Positions 20,039 through 29,870 of a stretch of DNA of 64,000 nucleotides are shown one piece after another. Source of the stretch: Solirubrobacteraceae bacterium (GTDB lineage Bacteria > Actinomycetota > Thermoleophilia > Solirubrobacterales > Solirubrobacteraceae); assembly GCA_035939315.1 (NCBI GenBank), contig DASZFZ010000050.1, positions 3,370-67,369 of the forward strand. The letters are read 5' to 3'. The notes under the pieces were generated by a model. That model did not search any database. It saw only the letters and a list, made by a program, of their open reading frames with translations, and was not told where the DNA came from. The translations under genes were made by a program, and so were the position numbers. Positions within the stretch are counted from its first letter, which is position 1, and each line of letters opens with the position of its first letter.

Positions 20039-21270
20039 GTCTGCAGCAGGTTGTTGAAGATCTTGAGGTAATCGCGCAGGTAGCGCGGCGTGAGGAAATG
20101 CTGGCGCACGTGCTCCTTGCCGCGGCGCCCGAGCGTGCGCCCCAGTTCGGGGTCGCGCAGGAAGTCGACCGTGCGCTGGGCGCACTGCTCGACGCTCGAG
20201 ACCAGATAGCCGGTGACCCCGTCTTCGATCTGCAGCGGAATGCCGCCGACGTCGCCGCCGACGAACGGCCGCGCCTTCCAGATCGCCTCCGAGACGGTCA
20301 GCCCGAAGCCCTCGCGCGTGGACTTCTGGACCAGCACGTCGGAGTGCGACTGGAAGGCGTTGACCTCGATCGCGCCGACGTTGTTGAAGTTGTTGAGGAT
20401 GTGGATGTCGGGGTCGCCGTCGGCGTGGGCGATCGTGGAGTTGAAGAAGTCCCAGCCCACGGGGTCGTCGCTGGCCATCGAGCCGACCAGCGCGAGCTGC
20501 ACCTCGGGGATCGACTCGCGCACCTGGCGGTAGGCGTCGATCACCCCGAGCGGGTCCTTCCAGGGGTCGAAGCGCGAGACCTGGCACATCAGCGGCCGGT
20601 CGACGTCGATGCCGAACTGTCCGCACACGAAGGCCCCGTCTTCGGGCGAGAGCGCCATGTTCTTCGGCGTCAGCGGGTCGATCGCCGGCGGCACGACGTT
20701 GACGGTGCCCCCCATCCCCTGCGGCACGTACTCGCGCATGTGAAACAGCGACTGCGGATAGTGCTCCAGGTAGGGCAGCAGGCGCGCGATCGTGTCCGGG
20801 TTGGGCGTCGAGAGGTCGATGTGGCAGCGCCACACCCAGCCCTTGGCCTTCTCCGGCACCAGCTGACACAGCGCGGCCGGCTGCGGGTCGTGCACCAGGC
20901 ACACGTCCCAGCCGCCGCTCAGCTCGCGCGCGTTGTGCTCGTTGTAGCGCAGCCACGTGGCCCACTGCTCCTCGTCGAGGTCCTGGGGGGCGCCCTGGAG
21001 CGCGTTGTGCATCAGCTTGGTCGCGTTGAAGAACTCTTCGCGCCCGTAGATGACCTCCCACTCGCAATCCAGGCCCACGTCGCGCATCAGCGGCACGAGC
21101 GTGTAGAGGATCTCCGAGACGCCGCCGCCGAAGGCCGTGGCGGACAGGTGCACCACGCGCTTGCCCTGCAGCGGCTCGGCCAGCTCGCGGATTTCGGCGA
21201 TCAGCTCGCGCCCGCAGATGTGCGTGTAGTCGGCGAGCGTCTTGTGGGCTACCGCGACGGGCTGGAGCAC
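20035..21270 (-). CDS. treT: GT4 trehalose glycosyltransferring synthase (TreT-like)
   Basis: Close end-to-end resemblance to archaeal TreT as I recall it: VHLSATAFGGGVSEILYTLVPLMRDVGL, FFNATKLMHNALQG, LVHDPQPAAL, WRCHIDLS, QVSRFDPWKDP, EGFGLTVSEA. Confidence 0.75.
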   Translation of the reverse strand: MLQPVAVAHKTLADYTHICGRELIAEIRELAEPLQGKRVVHLSATAFGGGVSEILYTLVPLMRDVGLDCEWEVIYGREEFFNATKLMHNALQGAPQDLDEEQWATWLRYNEHNARELSGGWDVCLVHDPQPAALCQLVPEKAKGWVWRCHIDLSTPNPDTIARLLPYLEHYPQSLFHMREYVPQGMGGTVNVVPPAIDPLTPKNMALSPEDGAFVCGQFGIDVDRPLMCQVSRFDPWKDPLGVIDAYRQVRESIPEVQLALVGSMASDDPVGWDFFNSTIAHADGDPDIHILNNFNNVGAIEVNAFQSHSDVLVQKSTREGFGLTVSEAIWKARPFVGGDVGGIPLQIEDGVTGYLVSSVEQCAQRTVDFLRDPELGRTLGRRGKEHVRQHFLTPRYLRDYLKIFNNLLQT

Positions 21271-21335
21271 GCGCCGGCACGATATCTGAACGGACGGCCG
21301 GCGGGACCGGGGAGCCGGCGGGCGGACTATGGTCT

Positions 21336-23192
21336 ATGGCCATGCTCAACGGGCGCCTGTACCGAGCGGCATTCCTTCCGTCCCTGCTGGCCCTGGCGAT
21401 CGCGGCCTTCTCGCTGAGCTCGGGGCCGAGCCCGGACACCACGACGCTGGCCCCCGACGCCTTCGAAGGGGCGCCCGCGTTCGCCGAACTGCAGGCGCTC
21501 GCGTCGCGCTTCCCGCTGCGGCGCCCCGGCAGCGCCGGCGACCGGCGGCTGGCCGGCTACGTGGCGCAGAAGCTGGAAGCGCCCGCGGGCGCGGGGGCGC
21601 CCGGCGAAGGCCGGGCCGGCGGCTTCTCAGTGCACACCTACAGCCGGGCCGGCCAGACGATCGACGGCGAACGCACGCTGAGGACCGTCGTGGCGCAGCG
21701 GCCGGGCTCGACCGGCGCCCCGCCGATCCTGATCGTGGCCCACCGCGACGCGGCCGGCGCGGGCGGGTCCTCGTCGGTGGCCGAACTGTCGGCGACCGCC
21801 GCGCTGCTCGAGCTCGCGCGCGTGCTCTCGGCGCGCGAGACCAAGCGCGCGATCGTGCTCGTCTCGACCAGCGGCGGCAGCGGGGGGGACGCCGGCGCCG
21901 CCCAGCTCGTCGCCGACCCGGCCGCGTTCGGGCTGCACGGGCCCTTCGACGCGGCGCTCGTGATCGGCGACGTCGCGAGCGCGCGCACGAGCCCGCCGCT
22001 GGTGGTCCCCTACTCGACCGGCCTCGGCTCGGCGCCGCTGGAGCTGCAGCGCACCGTCGCCGCCGCGATCGACCAGGAGGTGGGCGTGCCGGCGGGCTCG
22101 CCGAGCACGTTCGGCCAGCTGGCCCACCTGGCGTTCCCGCTGACGGTCGGCGAACAGGGGCCGCTGAACGCCGGCGGGCTGCCGGCCGTGCTCGTCCAGG
22201 CCTCCGGCGAACGCGGGCCGCGGCCCGGCGAGGCGGTGAGCGCCGGACGGCTCGAAGCGTTCGGCCGCGCGCTGCTGAGCGCGGTGGACGCGCTGGACGG
22301 CGCGCCGAACGTGCCGGCGGCGACGCAGACGGGCCTGGAACTGCAGCGCAAGACGATGCCGATGTGGGCGCTGCGCCTGCTCGTCGGCACGCTGCTGCTG
22401 CCGCTGCTCGTCGCGGGCCTCGACGCGCTCGCGTGCGCGCGGCGCAGGCGAGCGCCGATCGGCCGGTGGGCGCTGTGGACGCTCAGCTGCGCGCTGCCGT
22501 TCCTCGCCTGCGCGGTCTTCGCGTACGCGCTGGGCTGGCTGGGCGTGCTCGGCGCCACTCCGCCCGGGCCGGCGCTGCCGAGCGCGCTGCCGCTCGACGG
22601 CCGCGCGCTCACCGCGATCGCGGCGGTCGCGCTGGCGTTCGCGCTCAGCTGGCTGCTGCGCGGGTCGCTCGTGCGCCGCCTGCGCTGGGCGCCGGGCGAG
22701 GACGCCGAGACGGGATCGGTGGCGATCGTGCTCGTGCTGCTCGCGCTCGCCTTCCTGGCGTGGCTCGTGAACCCGTTCACGGCGCTGCTGGCGCTGCCCG
22801 CCATGCACCTGTGGCTCGCGCTGTGGTGGCCCGGGCGCCTCGGCCTGGCCGAGCCGCCGCGGCGGGCGCTCGCGCTGGGGATGGTCGCGGTCGGGCTCGC
22901 GCCCGCCGCGCTGCTGGTCGCCTTCTACGCGCACCAGCTCGGCCTGGGCGTCGGCGGGGTCGCCTGGATGGGCGTGCAGCTGCTCGCCGGCGGCTACGTC
23001 GGCTTCTGGGCGGCGCTGCTGTGGAGCGGCGCCCTCGGCTGCGCCGCGGCGGCCGCGATCCTCGCCGCCAGGCGCGCGCCGCGGGCCGCGGCGGCGACCG
23101 CGGCGGGGTCCGTCGAGGTGAGCATCCGCGGGCCCCTCAGCTACGCCGGCCCCGGTTCGCTGGGTGGGACGGAGTCGGCTCTGCGACGATAG
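21336..23192 (+). CDS. membrane protein: N-terminal M28-peptidase-like ectodomain plus C-terminal polytopic domain
   Basis: ILIVAHRDAAGAGGSSSVAELSATAALLELARVL fits the M28 scaffold. The usual GAxDxxSG Asp and the Glu-Glu pair look substituted. The C-terminal ~280 aa are multi-TM. Confidence 0.6.
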   Translation: MAMLNGRLYRAAFLPSLLALAIAAFSLSSGPSPDTTTLAPDAFEGAPAFAELQALASRFPLRRPGSAGDRRLAGYVAQKLEAPAGAGAPGEGRAGGFSVHTYSRAGQTIDGERTLRTVVAQRPGSTGAPPILIVAHRDAAGAGGSSSVAELSATAALLELARVLSARETKRAIVLVSTSGGSGGDAGAAQLVADPAAFGLHGPFDAALVIGDVASARTSPPLVVPYSTGLGSAPLELQRTVAAAIDQEVGVPAGSPSTFGQLAHLAFPLTVGEQGPLNAGGLPAVLVQASGERGPRPGEAVSAGRLEAFGRALLSAVDALDGAPNVPAATQTGLELQRKTMPMWALRLLVGTLLLPLLVAGLDALACARRRRAPIGRWALWTLSCALPFLACAVFAYALGWLGVLGATPPGPALPSALPLDGRALTAIAAVALAFALSWLLRGSLVRRLRWAPGEDAETGSVAIVLVLLALAFLAWLVNPFTALLALPAMHLWLALWWPGRLGLAEPPRRALALGMVAVGLAPAALLVAFYAHQLGLGVGGVAWMGVQLLAGGYVGFWAALLWSGALGCAAAAAILAARRAPRAAAATAAGSVEVSIRGPLSYAGPGSLGGTESALRR

Positions 23193-24074
23193 GTGACGAT
23201 GAAGCAGCTGCTCAGCACGACCGCGCCGGGTGGCGCACTGGGCCCCGGCTACCGGCGCCGGAGCGCCTCGCGGCGCGCCGCGCGCGCCGTGGCGATCGTG
23301 CTGGTCGCGGTCGGCTGTCTCGCCCTGGCCGACGCGCTCGTGACGCTGGTGTGGCAGGAGCCGATCTCGGCGCTGTACGCGAGCATCAGGCAGCACGACC
23401 TGGGCTCGAGCCTGCGCGGCGTCGAACGCGCGCCGCCGAGCCCGGCCGAGCGCCACACGCTCGCGAGCCTCTCCGACGAGCGCGCCCGCATCGCCTTCCT
23501 GGCGCGCGAACTGGAACGCCGCTCGCACAACGGCGCCGCCGTCGGGCGAATCATGATCCCGCGCGTCGGCGCCGACTACGTGATGGTCAAGGGCACCGAC
23601 ACCGCCGACCTGATCAGCGGCCCCGGGATCTACCCGGAAACGAGCTTCCCCGGGATCCCGGGGACGACGGCGGTCGCCGGGCACCGCACCACCTACCTGG
23701 CGCCGTTTCGCGAAATCAACTTCCTGAAGCCGGGCAACCACATCCTGCTGTACATGCCCTACGCGCACTTCACCTACACCGTCACGGGGCAGCGCGTCGT
23801 GTGGCCGTCGGACGTCGGCGCGGCCGTCTCGCAGGTCGGCTACAGCCGGCTCGTGCTGTCCGCCTGCACGCCCGTGTTCAGCGCCGAAAAACGGCTGCTC
23901 GTGTACGCGCGGCTGACGCGCACGGTGCCGGTGGGCGCCGCCCGCACGCTGCCCGGCGGGGCGACGCCGGTGCCGATCGAAGCGACGCCGCGCCGGGCGC
24001 TCGCCGCCGGGCGCCGCTCACCGCCAGCGATGCTCGTATCCCTCGAGCCGCACGGCGTCTCCGCGCTCGTCTGA
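23193..24074 (+). CDS. sortase (class E-like transpeptidase)
   Basis: N-terminal TM anchor, AVAGHRTT His motif, LVLSACTP Cys motif, LLVYARL Arg. GTG 23193 directly follows the upstream TAG; an ATG alternative is at 23199. Confidence 0.8.
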   Translation: MTMKQLLSTTAPGGALGPGYRRRSASRRAARAVAIVLVAVGCLALADALVTLVWQEPISALYASIRQHDLGSSLRGVERAPPSPAERHTLASLSDERARIAFLARELERRSHNGAAVGRIMIPRVGADYVMVKGTDTADLISGPGIYPETSFPGIPGTTAVAGHRTTYLAPFREINFLKPGNHILLYMPYAHFTYTVTGQRVVWPSDVGAAVSQVGYSRLVLSACTPVFSAEKRLLVYARLTRTVPVGAARTLPGGATPVPIEATPRRALAAGRRSPPAMLVSLEPHGVSALV

Positions 24075-24938
24075 GAAGCGCGCCTGCGGCGCGCCGGCGC
24101 GCACCTCGCCGATCCAGCTGGGCGCCTGGCAGCCCGCGTCTCGCAGGGCCCGCTCGACCGCCGCGCGCCGCGCGGGCGCCACGCAGAAGCACAGCTCGTA
24201 GTCTTCGCCGCCGCCGGCCGCCAGCCGCGCGGGGTCGCGGCCGAGCTCGGCGGCGACCTCGCGGACGCCGTCGTGCAGCGGCAGCGCTTGCAGGCTCAGC
24301 TCGAGCCGCACGCCGCTCGCGCGGGCGAGGTGGGCGGCGTCGGCGGCGAGCCCGTCGGAGACGTCGATCATCGCGTGCACGCCGGCGCGCGCGAGCGCCC
24401 TGCCCTCGCGCAGCCGCGGCAGCGGCGCCCGCGCCCGGGCGAGCGCCGGCGCGGCCGCGGGCGTGGCGCCGGCGCGTCCCTCGAACACCGCCAGCGCGGC
24501 GGCGCCGGCGCCGAGGCTGCCGGTCACCCCGACCAGATCGTCGACCTCGGCGCCGTCCCGGCGCACCGGCGCGGAGGGCTCCTCGCACCAGCCGACGGCC
24601 GTCACCGCGACCGTCAGCACGGGCGCGCCGACCACGTCGCCGCCGGCGATCGCGGCGCCGGTCCGCAACGCGAGCTCGTCGGCCGCTCGCACCAGCGCGA
24701 GCGCGTCGGCCTCCTCGAAGCCGCGCGGGAGCCCCAGCACGATGTACGCCTCGCCGGGCTCGACGCCCATCGCGGCGAGATCCGAGAGCGCCCCGGCGAG
24801 CGCGCGGTGGCCCACCTCCTCGGGCGTCGCCCAGCCCTCGCCGAGGCGGAAGTGGACTCCCTCGACCATCGCGTCGACCGAGGTCACGCACACCGCGCGG
24901 GCGCGCACGACGGCCGCGTCGTCGCCGCCGCCGAGCAC
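24018..24938 (-). CDS. thiL: thiamine-monophosphate kinase
   Basis: GGGDDAAV, VTSVDAMVEGVHF and GGDVV motifs of the AIR-synthase-like fold. The coordinates are the minimal GTG-started ORF. Conservation continues upstream (see findings). Confidence 0.85.
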   Translation of the reverse strand: MLGGGDDAAVVRARAVCVTSVDAMVEGVHFRLGEGWATPEEVGHRALAGALSDLAAMGVEPGEAYIVLGLPRGFEEADALALVRAADELALRTGAAIAGGDVVGAPVLTVAVTAVGWCEEPSAPVRRDGAEVDDLVGVTGSLGAGAAALAVFEGRAGATPAAAPALARARAPLPRLREGRALARAGVHAMIDVSDGLAADAAHLARASGVRLELSLQALPLHDGVREVAAELGRDPARLAAGGGEDYELCFCVAPARRAAVERALRDAGCQAPSWIGEVRAGAPQARFSDERGDAVRLEGYEHRWR

Positions 24939-24999
24939 CAGCCGCTCGGCCGAGAGGGGGCTGCGAAGCCCGGCCGCGATCGCGTCGATCAGGGAGCGC

Positions 25000-25218
25000 T
25001 CAGCGATGCCGGTAGACGATCCTCGCGCGATCGAGGTCGTAGGGCGAGAGCTCGCAGCGAACCCGGTCGCCCGGAAGGATGCGAATCCGGAAGCGGCGCA
25101 TCTTGCCCGCCACGTGCCCGAGGACGATGTGGTCGTTGTCGAGCTTGACGCGGAACATCGCGTTGGGCAGGGCCTCGATCACCTCGCCCTCGAATTCGAC
25201 CTTGTCCTCCTTCGGCAT
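25000..25218 (-). CDS. infA: translation initiation factor IF-1
   Basis: [53 protein letters not shown], 72 aa. An alternative ATG lies 6 nt upstream. Confidence 0.95.
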   Translation of the reverse strand: MPKEDKVEFEGEVIEALPNAMFRVKLDNDHIVLGHVAGKMRRFRIRILPGDRVRCELSPYDLDRARIVYRHR

Positions 25219-25246
25219 GCGCATCAAACTACCAGCGCGCGTGCGC

Positions 25247-27442
25247 TCAGGGTGTTGCCGCGCCGCCCGTGCCGGCGCCGCCGGTGGGGCTCGGCGCCCC
25301 GCCGGGCGCCGGCGTCTGCGGTTCGCGGCCCGGGACGGCGGGCGTTTCCGTGTGCCGCGGCGCTTCCTGAGCCGGCGGCGGGGCTTCCTGAACTTCGAGG
25401 ACGGCGCGTTCGCTCTGATGATGAGTCGGGGCCGCGTGCTTGGCGTGGCCCTGCGAATGCGCAGGCGCCTGGGCGCCTTCCGCACCGAGCTGGGTCTCGC
25501 CGGTGGTCGCGAAGTGCCCGTAGAACGGCCGGTACTGGATCTGTTCCCTGGGCGTCGGGAATTCGGCGCACGGCTGGCCTTCGGTGACCGCGCTCATGTA
25601 CGTTTTCCAGATCGCCGCCGGCAGCGCGCCGCCCTGCTGCGGTTCGCCCTGCACGTCGGTCATCGGGATGCGTTTGTTCGGGTAGCCCATCCACACGACC
25701 GTCGTGTAGTTGGGCGTGTAGCCGTCGAGCCAGGCGTCCACGAGTTCGCTGGTCGTGCCCGTCTTGGCCGCCGTGGGGCAGTCGATCGCCGAGCGCACGG
25801 CGGTGCCCTCGAGCACGTTCTGGTGCAGGATGCTCGTCTCCTCGGCCACGACCGCTTCGCTCAGCACGCGCACGCGGTGCGGCTGGCCCCAGCTTTCGTC
25901 GACGTGCCCGTCGGGGAACACGACCTTGGTGATCGCGATCGGCGTGTTGCGGTAGCCGCCGTCGGCGAGCGTCGCGTACACGACCGCCATTTCCAGCGGG
26001 GTGACGCCGAGCGTGAGTCCCCCGATCGCTTCCGCGGGGAAGCTCGAGAGGTGTGTTTTGACGCCCATCGCGTACGCCGTCTTGGTGATCGTTTCCTCGC
26101 CGAGGTCGGCGGCCAGCTGCGCGTACACGGTGTTGTCGGAGGTGAGCGTCGCCTGCACCAGGTTGATCGACCGGTTCAGCGAGGTGCCCTCGAAGGTGTG
26201 CACTTCGTATTCCGGGTAGCCCGTCAGCCAGCCGGCCTGCAGCGTGTGCGAGTCGTAGTAGGTGCTGTTCGGGTCGATCCCGCGCGAGAGCGCGTCCGCC
26301 AGGTCGATCGCCTTGAACGTGGAGCCCGGCTGGCGGTGTCCGTCGGCGGCCAGGTTGTACTGCGACTGCTGGTAGCTCTCGGACTCGGCCATCGCTTCGA
26401 TGTCGCCGTTGTGCGGGTTCAGCGTCACGATCGCCGAGGCCGGGTCGCCGGCTTCGTCGAGCACTTCCGCGATCGCTTTGCGTGCGAGCCGCTGCTTGTT
26501 CAGGTCGATCGTGGTGTAGACCTTCAGGCCGCCCTGTTCGACGGTCTTGGCGCCGTAGCGTTCGATCAGCTGCTGGCGCACGTATTCGAAGAAGAAGAGT
26601 TCGCTGCGTTCGGAGTAGAAGTAGCCGCGGTGCAGCTCCAGCGGGGCGCGCTCGGCCGTCCGCGCCTGCGCCCGGCCGATGTAGTGCAGTTCGGCCATCT
26701 TCGCGAGCACCTCGTTGCGCCGTTCCCTGGCGGCGGTCGGGTACAGCAGCGGGTTGTACTGCGAGGGCGCCTGGGGCAGGCCGGCCAGCAGCGCCGACTG
26801 CGCGAGGTTCAGCTGGGAGACCGGCTTGTCGAAGTAGACGCGCGAGGCGGCCTGCACGCCGATCATCGTCTGGCCGCCGACGGTGCCGTAGTCGACGTCG
26901 TTGAGGTAGCTGTTGAGGATCGAGTGCTTGCTGTGGCGTTCGTTGTATTCGATCGCGAGCTTGGCCTCCGCGATCTTCTGCCTGAGCGTGTGCTCGTCGC
27001 CGCCCAGGTACAGGTTGCGCACGAGCTGCATGGTGATCGTCGAGGCCCCCTGCAGCGCCTGCCCGTGCACCAGGTCCTTGACGGCGGCGCGGAAGATGCC
27101 GGTCAGGTCGATGCCGTCGTCTTTGTAGAAGCGCTGGTCCTCGATCGCGACCGTGCCGTTGCGCAGGTCGGCGGGAATTTCGCTCCAGCCCACCGGGGTG
27201 CGCAGTTCGTCGGACTGGATCGAGCCGAGGCGCCTGCCGTCGGCGGCGAACACCTGCGAGGTGCCGCCGCCGATCGTCGCGTGTCGCGCGCTCAGGCCGG
27301 CCGTGTCGTGCACGACGTGCATGACGTAGCCGACGGCGGCGATCACGCCGATCACGAGCGACGCCGCGAGCACGATCAGGGCGACGACGAGGACGCGCGA
27401 CGCACCCCGGCTGCGACGGCGCTTTCGAGCTTGCCCAGACAT
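25247..27442 (-). CDS. class A penicillin-binding protein (transglycosylase/transpeptidase, PBP1A type)
   Basis: TM anchor, GT51 motifs [14 protein letters not shown] and [12 protein letters not shown], transpeptidase STFK (PGSTFKAI), Pro/Ala-rich tail. Confidence 0.9.
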   Translation of the reverse strand: MSGQARKRRRSRGASRVLVVALIVLAASLVIGVIAAVGYVMHVVHDTAGLSARHATIGGGTSQVFAADGRRLGSIQSDELRTPVGWSEIPADLRNGTVAIEDQRFYKDDGIDLTGIFRAAVKDLVHGQALQGASTITMQLVRNLYLGGDEHTLRQKIAEAKLAIEYNERHSKHSILNSYLNDVDYGTVGGQTMIGVQAASRVYFDKPVSQLNLAQSALLAGLPQAPSQYNPLLYPTAARERRNEVLAKMAELHYIGRAQARTAERAPLELHRGYFYSERSELFFFEYVRQQLIERYGAKTVEQGGLKVYTTIDLNKQRLARKAIAEVLDEAGDPASAIVTLNPHNGDIEAMAESESYQQSQYNLAADGHRQPGSTFKAIDLADALSRGIDPNSTYYDSHTLQAGWLTGYPEYEVHTFEGTSLNRSINLVQATLTSDNTVYAQLAADLGEETITKTAYAMGVKTHLSSFPAEAIGGLTLGVTPLEMAVVYATLADGGYRNTPIAITKVVFPDGHVDESWGQPHRVRVLSEAVVAEETSILHQNVLEGTAVRSAIDCPTAAKTGTTSELVDAWLDGYTPNYTTVVWMGYPNKRIPMTDVQGEPQQGGALPAAIWKTYMSAVTEGQPCAEFPTPREQIQYRPFYGHFATTGETQLGAEGAQAPAHSQGHAKHAAPTHHQSERAVLEVQEAPPPAQEAPRHTETPAVPGREPQTPAPGGAPSPTGGAGTGGAATP

Positions 27443-27495
27443 GGCAGGACCCCTCAGGTTACCGTGCCGGCTGTGCTTTTCTGCCGCCTACGAGC

Positions 27496-29001
27496 GTGCG
27501 GGCCTCTACGCTCGATCCCAGCGCCATGAGCTCCGACACAGCCCAGCTCGAGATCGCGGAGACCACGGGCGAGCTCGCGGGTCAGGGCCGCCCGGCCCTC
27601 CCGGCCGCCCGCGGGGAGCCGCCCGTCCGGCGCACGCCGCGCGGCACGGCCCGTGCCTGGATCGCGCGGCTGCGCGCCGACCCCGCGCGGATGGCGGCCG
27701 TGCGCGACAGCTGGCGGATGCTGTGGTGCTCGCGGCTGCTCGTGTGGTGCGCCGGCGTCGGCACGATCGTGGCGTTCGGCTACGGGCCCGTGCGCAAAGC
27801 CTTCAACCCGCCCGGGGTCACGAGCGGCTTCGGCTGGCTCGGCAACCTGCTGGCCGCGCCCGCGGCGCGCTGGGACTCGGACTGGTACCTGGTGATCGCG
27901 CGCGCGGGCTACCAGCTGCACGCCGGCTCGGGCACGCTCGCCCGCGCCGCCTACTACCCGCTGTATCCGCTCGGCCTGCGCGCGATCTCGTGGCTGGGCG
28001 CGCCGCCGGTGCTGGCGGGCGTGCTGCTGTCCACGTGCGCCTTCGCGCTCGCCCTCTACGGCATCCATCGGCTGACGACGCTCGAGCTGGCGGGCCGCGG
28101 CCGCCGGGCGCTGGCGGGCGCGAGCCCGTCGCGCGCCGCGCGGCTGGCCGTCGCGGCGATGGCCTTCGCGCCGATGGCGCTGTTCTTCTCGGCGGTCTAC
28201 TCCGAGTCGCTGTACCTGGCGCTGTCGGTCGGGCTGTTCTGGAGCGCCCGCCAGGGGCGCTGGCGCTGGGTGGGGCTGCTCGGGGCGCTCGCCGGCGCGA
28301 CTCGCAACACGGGCCTCGTGCTGCTCGCGCCCGCGCTGCTGATCTACCTGTACGGGCCGCGCGAGGACCGCGAGCCCGACCGCCCGCTCGACGGCGCCGC
28401 GGCCGGCTGGCGCCGGCGGCTGCGTCCGCGCTACCGCGTCAGGCGCGACGCGCTGTGGCTGGCGCTGGTGCCCGCCGGCGCGCTGCTCTACGGCCTGTAC
28501 CTGGGGTTGGCCGGCGGCGATCCGCTCGCGCCGCTGCACGCGGAGGAAGTCTGGGGCCGGCACCTGACGGGGCCGGCGGTCGGCGTCTGGGACGGGCTGC
28601 GGGCGGCCTTCGACGGCGCCCGCCAGCTGCTGTCGGGCCAGCGCCACCACGTTTACTTCACGGCCGGCGAAGGCAGCCCGCTGGTGAGCGCGGGGCACAA
28701 CCTGCTCGACCTCGCCTTCCTGGTCGCGTTCGTGCCGGCGATCGTGGGGGTGCTGCGGCGGCTGCCGCTCGCCTACGGCGTGTATGCGCTCGCGGCCGCC
28801 TGCCTGCCGCTGTCCGACCCGGTCGGCGCCCAACCACTGATGTCGCTGCCGCGCTTCCTCGTGCCGCTGTTCCCGCTGGCGATCTGGCTGGGGGCGTGGC
28901 TGGCCGAGCGCCCGCGGCTGGTGCGCCCGACGCTCGCGCTCTCGGGGGCGCTGATGGCGCTGTTCGTAGCCCAGTTCGCCACCTGGCACTGGGTCGCATG
29001 A
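27496..29001 (+). CDS. polytopic GT-C-type glycosyltransferase, PIG-V / mannosyltransferase-2-like
   Basis: ARWDSDWYLVIARAGY and YYPLYPL motifs as I recall for the PIG-V-like family. More than 10 predicted TM segments. The start may be ATG 27526. Confidence 0.55.
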   Translation: MRASTLDPSAMSSDTAQLEIAETTGELAGQGRPALPAARGEPPVRRTPRGTARAWIARLRADPARMAAVRDSWRMLWCSRLLVWCAGVGTIVAFGYGPVRKAFNPPGVTSGFGWLGNLLAAPAARWDSDWYLVIARAGYQLHAGSGTLARAAYYPLYPLGLRAISWLGAPPVLAGVLLSTCAFALALYGIHRLTTLELAGRGRRALAGASPSRAARLAVAAMAFAPMALFFSAVYSESLYLALSVGLFWSARQGRWRWVGLLGALAGATRNTGLVLLAPALLIYLYGPREDREPDRPLDGAAAGWRRRLRPRYRVRRDALWLALVPAGALLYGLYLGLAGGDPLAPLHAEEVWGRHLTGPAVGVWDGLRAAFDGARQLLSGQRHHVYFTAGEGSPLVSAGHNLLDLAFLVAFVPAIVGVLRRLPLAYGVYALAAACLPLSDPVGAQPLMSLPRFLVPLFPLAIWLGAWLAERPRLVRPTLALSGALMALFVAQFATWHWVA

Positions 29002-29861
29002 GCGTCGTGGACGAGCCGCGGGCGAGCGAGCGGGCGCTCTCGCCGACGACGGGCTGGCCCCCGTGGAGCGCCTTCGCGGCGCTGGTCGCGGGGATCGCGC
29101 TCGCGCTCGTGGGCGGCCTGCTCGTCGACATCCCCGCGCTCGCGCTCGGCGCCACGATCACGAGCTCGCACACGCCCGGAGGGGTCACGATCGCCGACAC
29201 GGTCGTGCAGGACCTCGGCTTCGTCGGCGTGGCCGTGTTCTTCGCCCAGCTCGGCGGGCGGGGCGTGAGCGCCTGGCAGTTCGGGCTGCGCCGCCCGGCC
29301 GGGGGCTGGTGGCGCGCGGCGGGCCTCGTGCTGACGCTGCTCGTCGCGTTCATCGTGCTGAGCGCGATCTGGGGGGCGCTCGTGCACCCCGAAGAAGAGA
29401 AGATCCTGGAAACGCTCGGCTCCAAGGAAGGCGCGCCGCTGCTGATCCTGAGCGCCGGCCTGACGTGCGTGGTGGCGCCGATCTGCGAGGAGTTCCTGTT
29501 CCGCGGCTACATCTTCACGGCGCTGCGCAACTGGCGGGGCACGCTGCCGGCGGCGCTCGTCACGGCCGTGCTGTTCGGCGGCGTGCACGCGGGCTCGGCG
29601 CCGGCGCTCGACCTCGTGCCGCTCGCCGCGCTCGGCTTCGGCCTGTGCCTGCTCTACCGCTACTCGGGCTCGCTGTATCCGTGCGTCGTGGCCCACTGCC
29701 TGAACAACTGCCTGGCGTTCGCGAGCCTCGAGAAGTGGGGCTGGCAGGCGCCGGTGCTGGTGCTCGGCGCCCTCGCCGCGATCGCGGCCGTGGTCCTCGC
29801 CTGCAAGCGCGTTGGCGTGATTGTGCCCGAGCCGGGGCTGGCGCCGCCGCCGGCCGCGTAG
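28998..29861 (+). CDS. CPBP family intramembrane glutamic endopeptidase (CAAX protease/Abi)
   Basis: ATG 28998 overlaps the upstream stop (ATGA). APICEEFLFRGYIF motif 1, FGGVH motif, VVAHCLNN motif. It is the last 287 codons of track ORF 27441..29861. Confidence 0.8.
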   Translation: MSVVDEPRASERALSPTTGWPPWSAFAALVAGIALALVGGLLVDIPALALGATITSSHTPGGVTIADTVVQDLGFVGVAVFFAQLGGRGVSAWQFGLRRPAGGWWRAAGLVLTLLVAFIVLSAIWGALVHPEEEKILETLGSKEGAPLLILSAGLTCVVAPICEEFLFRGYIFTALRNWRGTLPAALVTAVLFGGVHAGSAPALDLVPLAALGFGLCLLYRYSGSLYPCVVAHCLNNCLAFASLEKWGWQAPVLVLGALAAIAAVVLACKRVGVIVPEPGLAPPPAA

Positions 29862-29870
29862 GATCTGCGC

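Noticed and set aside
18566-21442. A single 958-aa ORF that could be read as a TreT-OtsA fusion protein.
   Set aside because: The upstream two-thirds of that frame is Arg/Pro-rich nonsense. The TreT homologue is encoded in a different frame (20035..21270). OtsA begins at the internal ATG 20038, overlapping the TreT stop. These are two genes, not a fusion.
21329-25015. A 1228-aa ORF on the plus strand spanning four real genes. Similar giant ORFs are 51391..54519 (1042 aa), 5371..7320, 28773..31046, 12085..13965 and 14404..16365.
   Set aside because: The translations are Arg/Ala/Pro/Gly low-complexity with no motifs. They lie out of frame or antisense to genes with unambiguous family signatures. 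Stop codons are simply rare at this GC, so these are shadow ORFs.
27441-29861. An 806-aa ORF, and the 4603..6354 583-aa ORF, each suggesting a very large protein.
   Set aside because: Only the last 287 and 259 codons respectively look like real proteins (CPBP motifs; a TM anchor with an SD-preceded ATG). The upstream parts overlap verified genes (the GT-C enzyme, tatC) in another frame.
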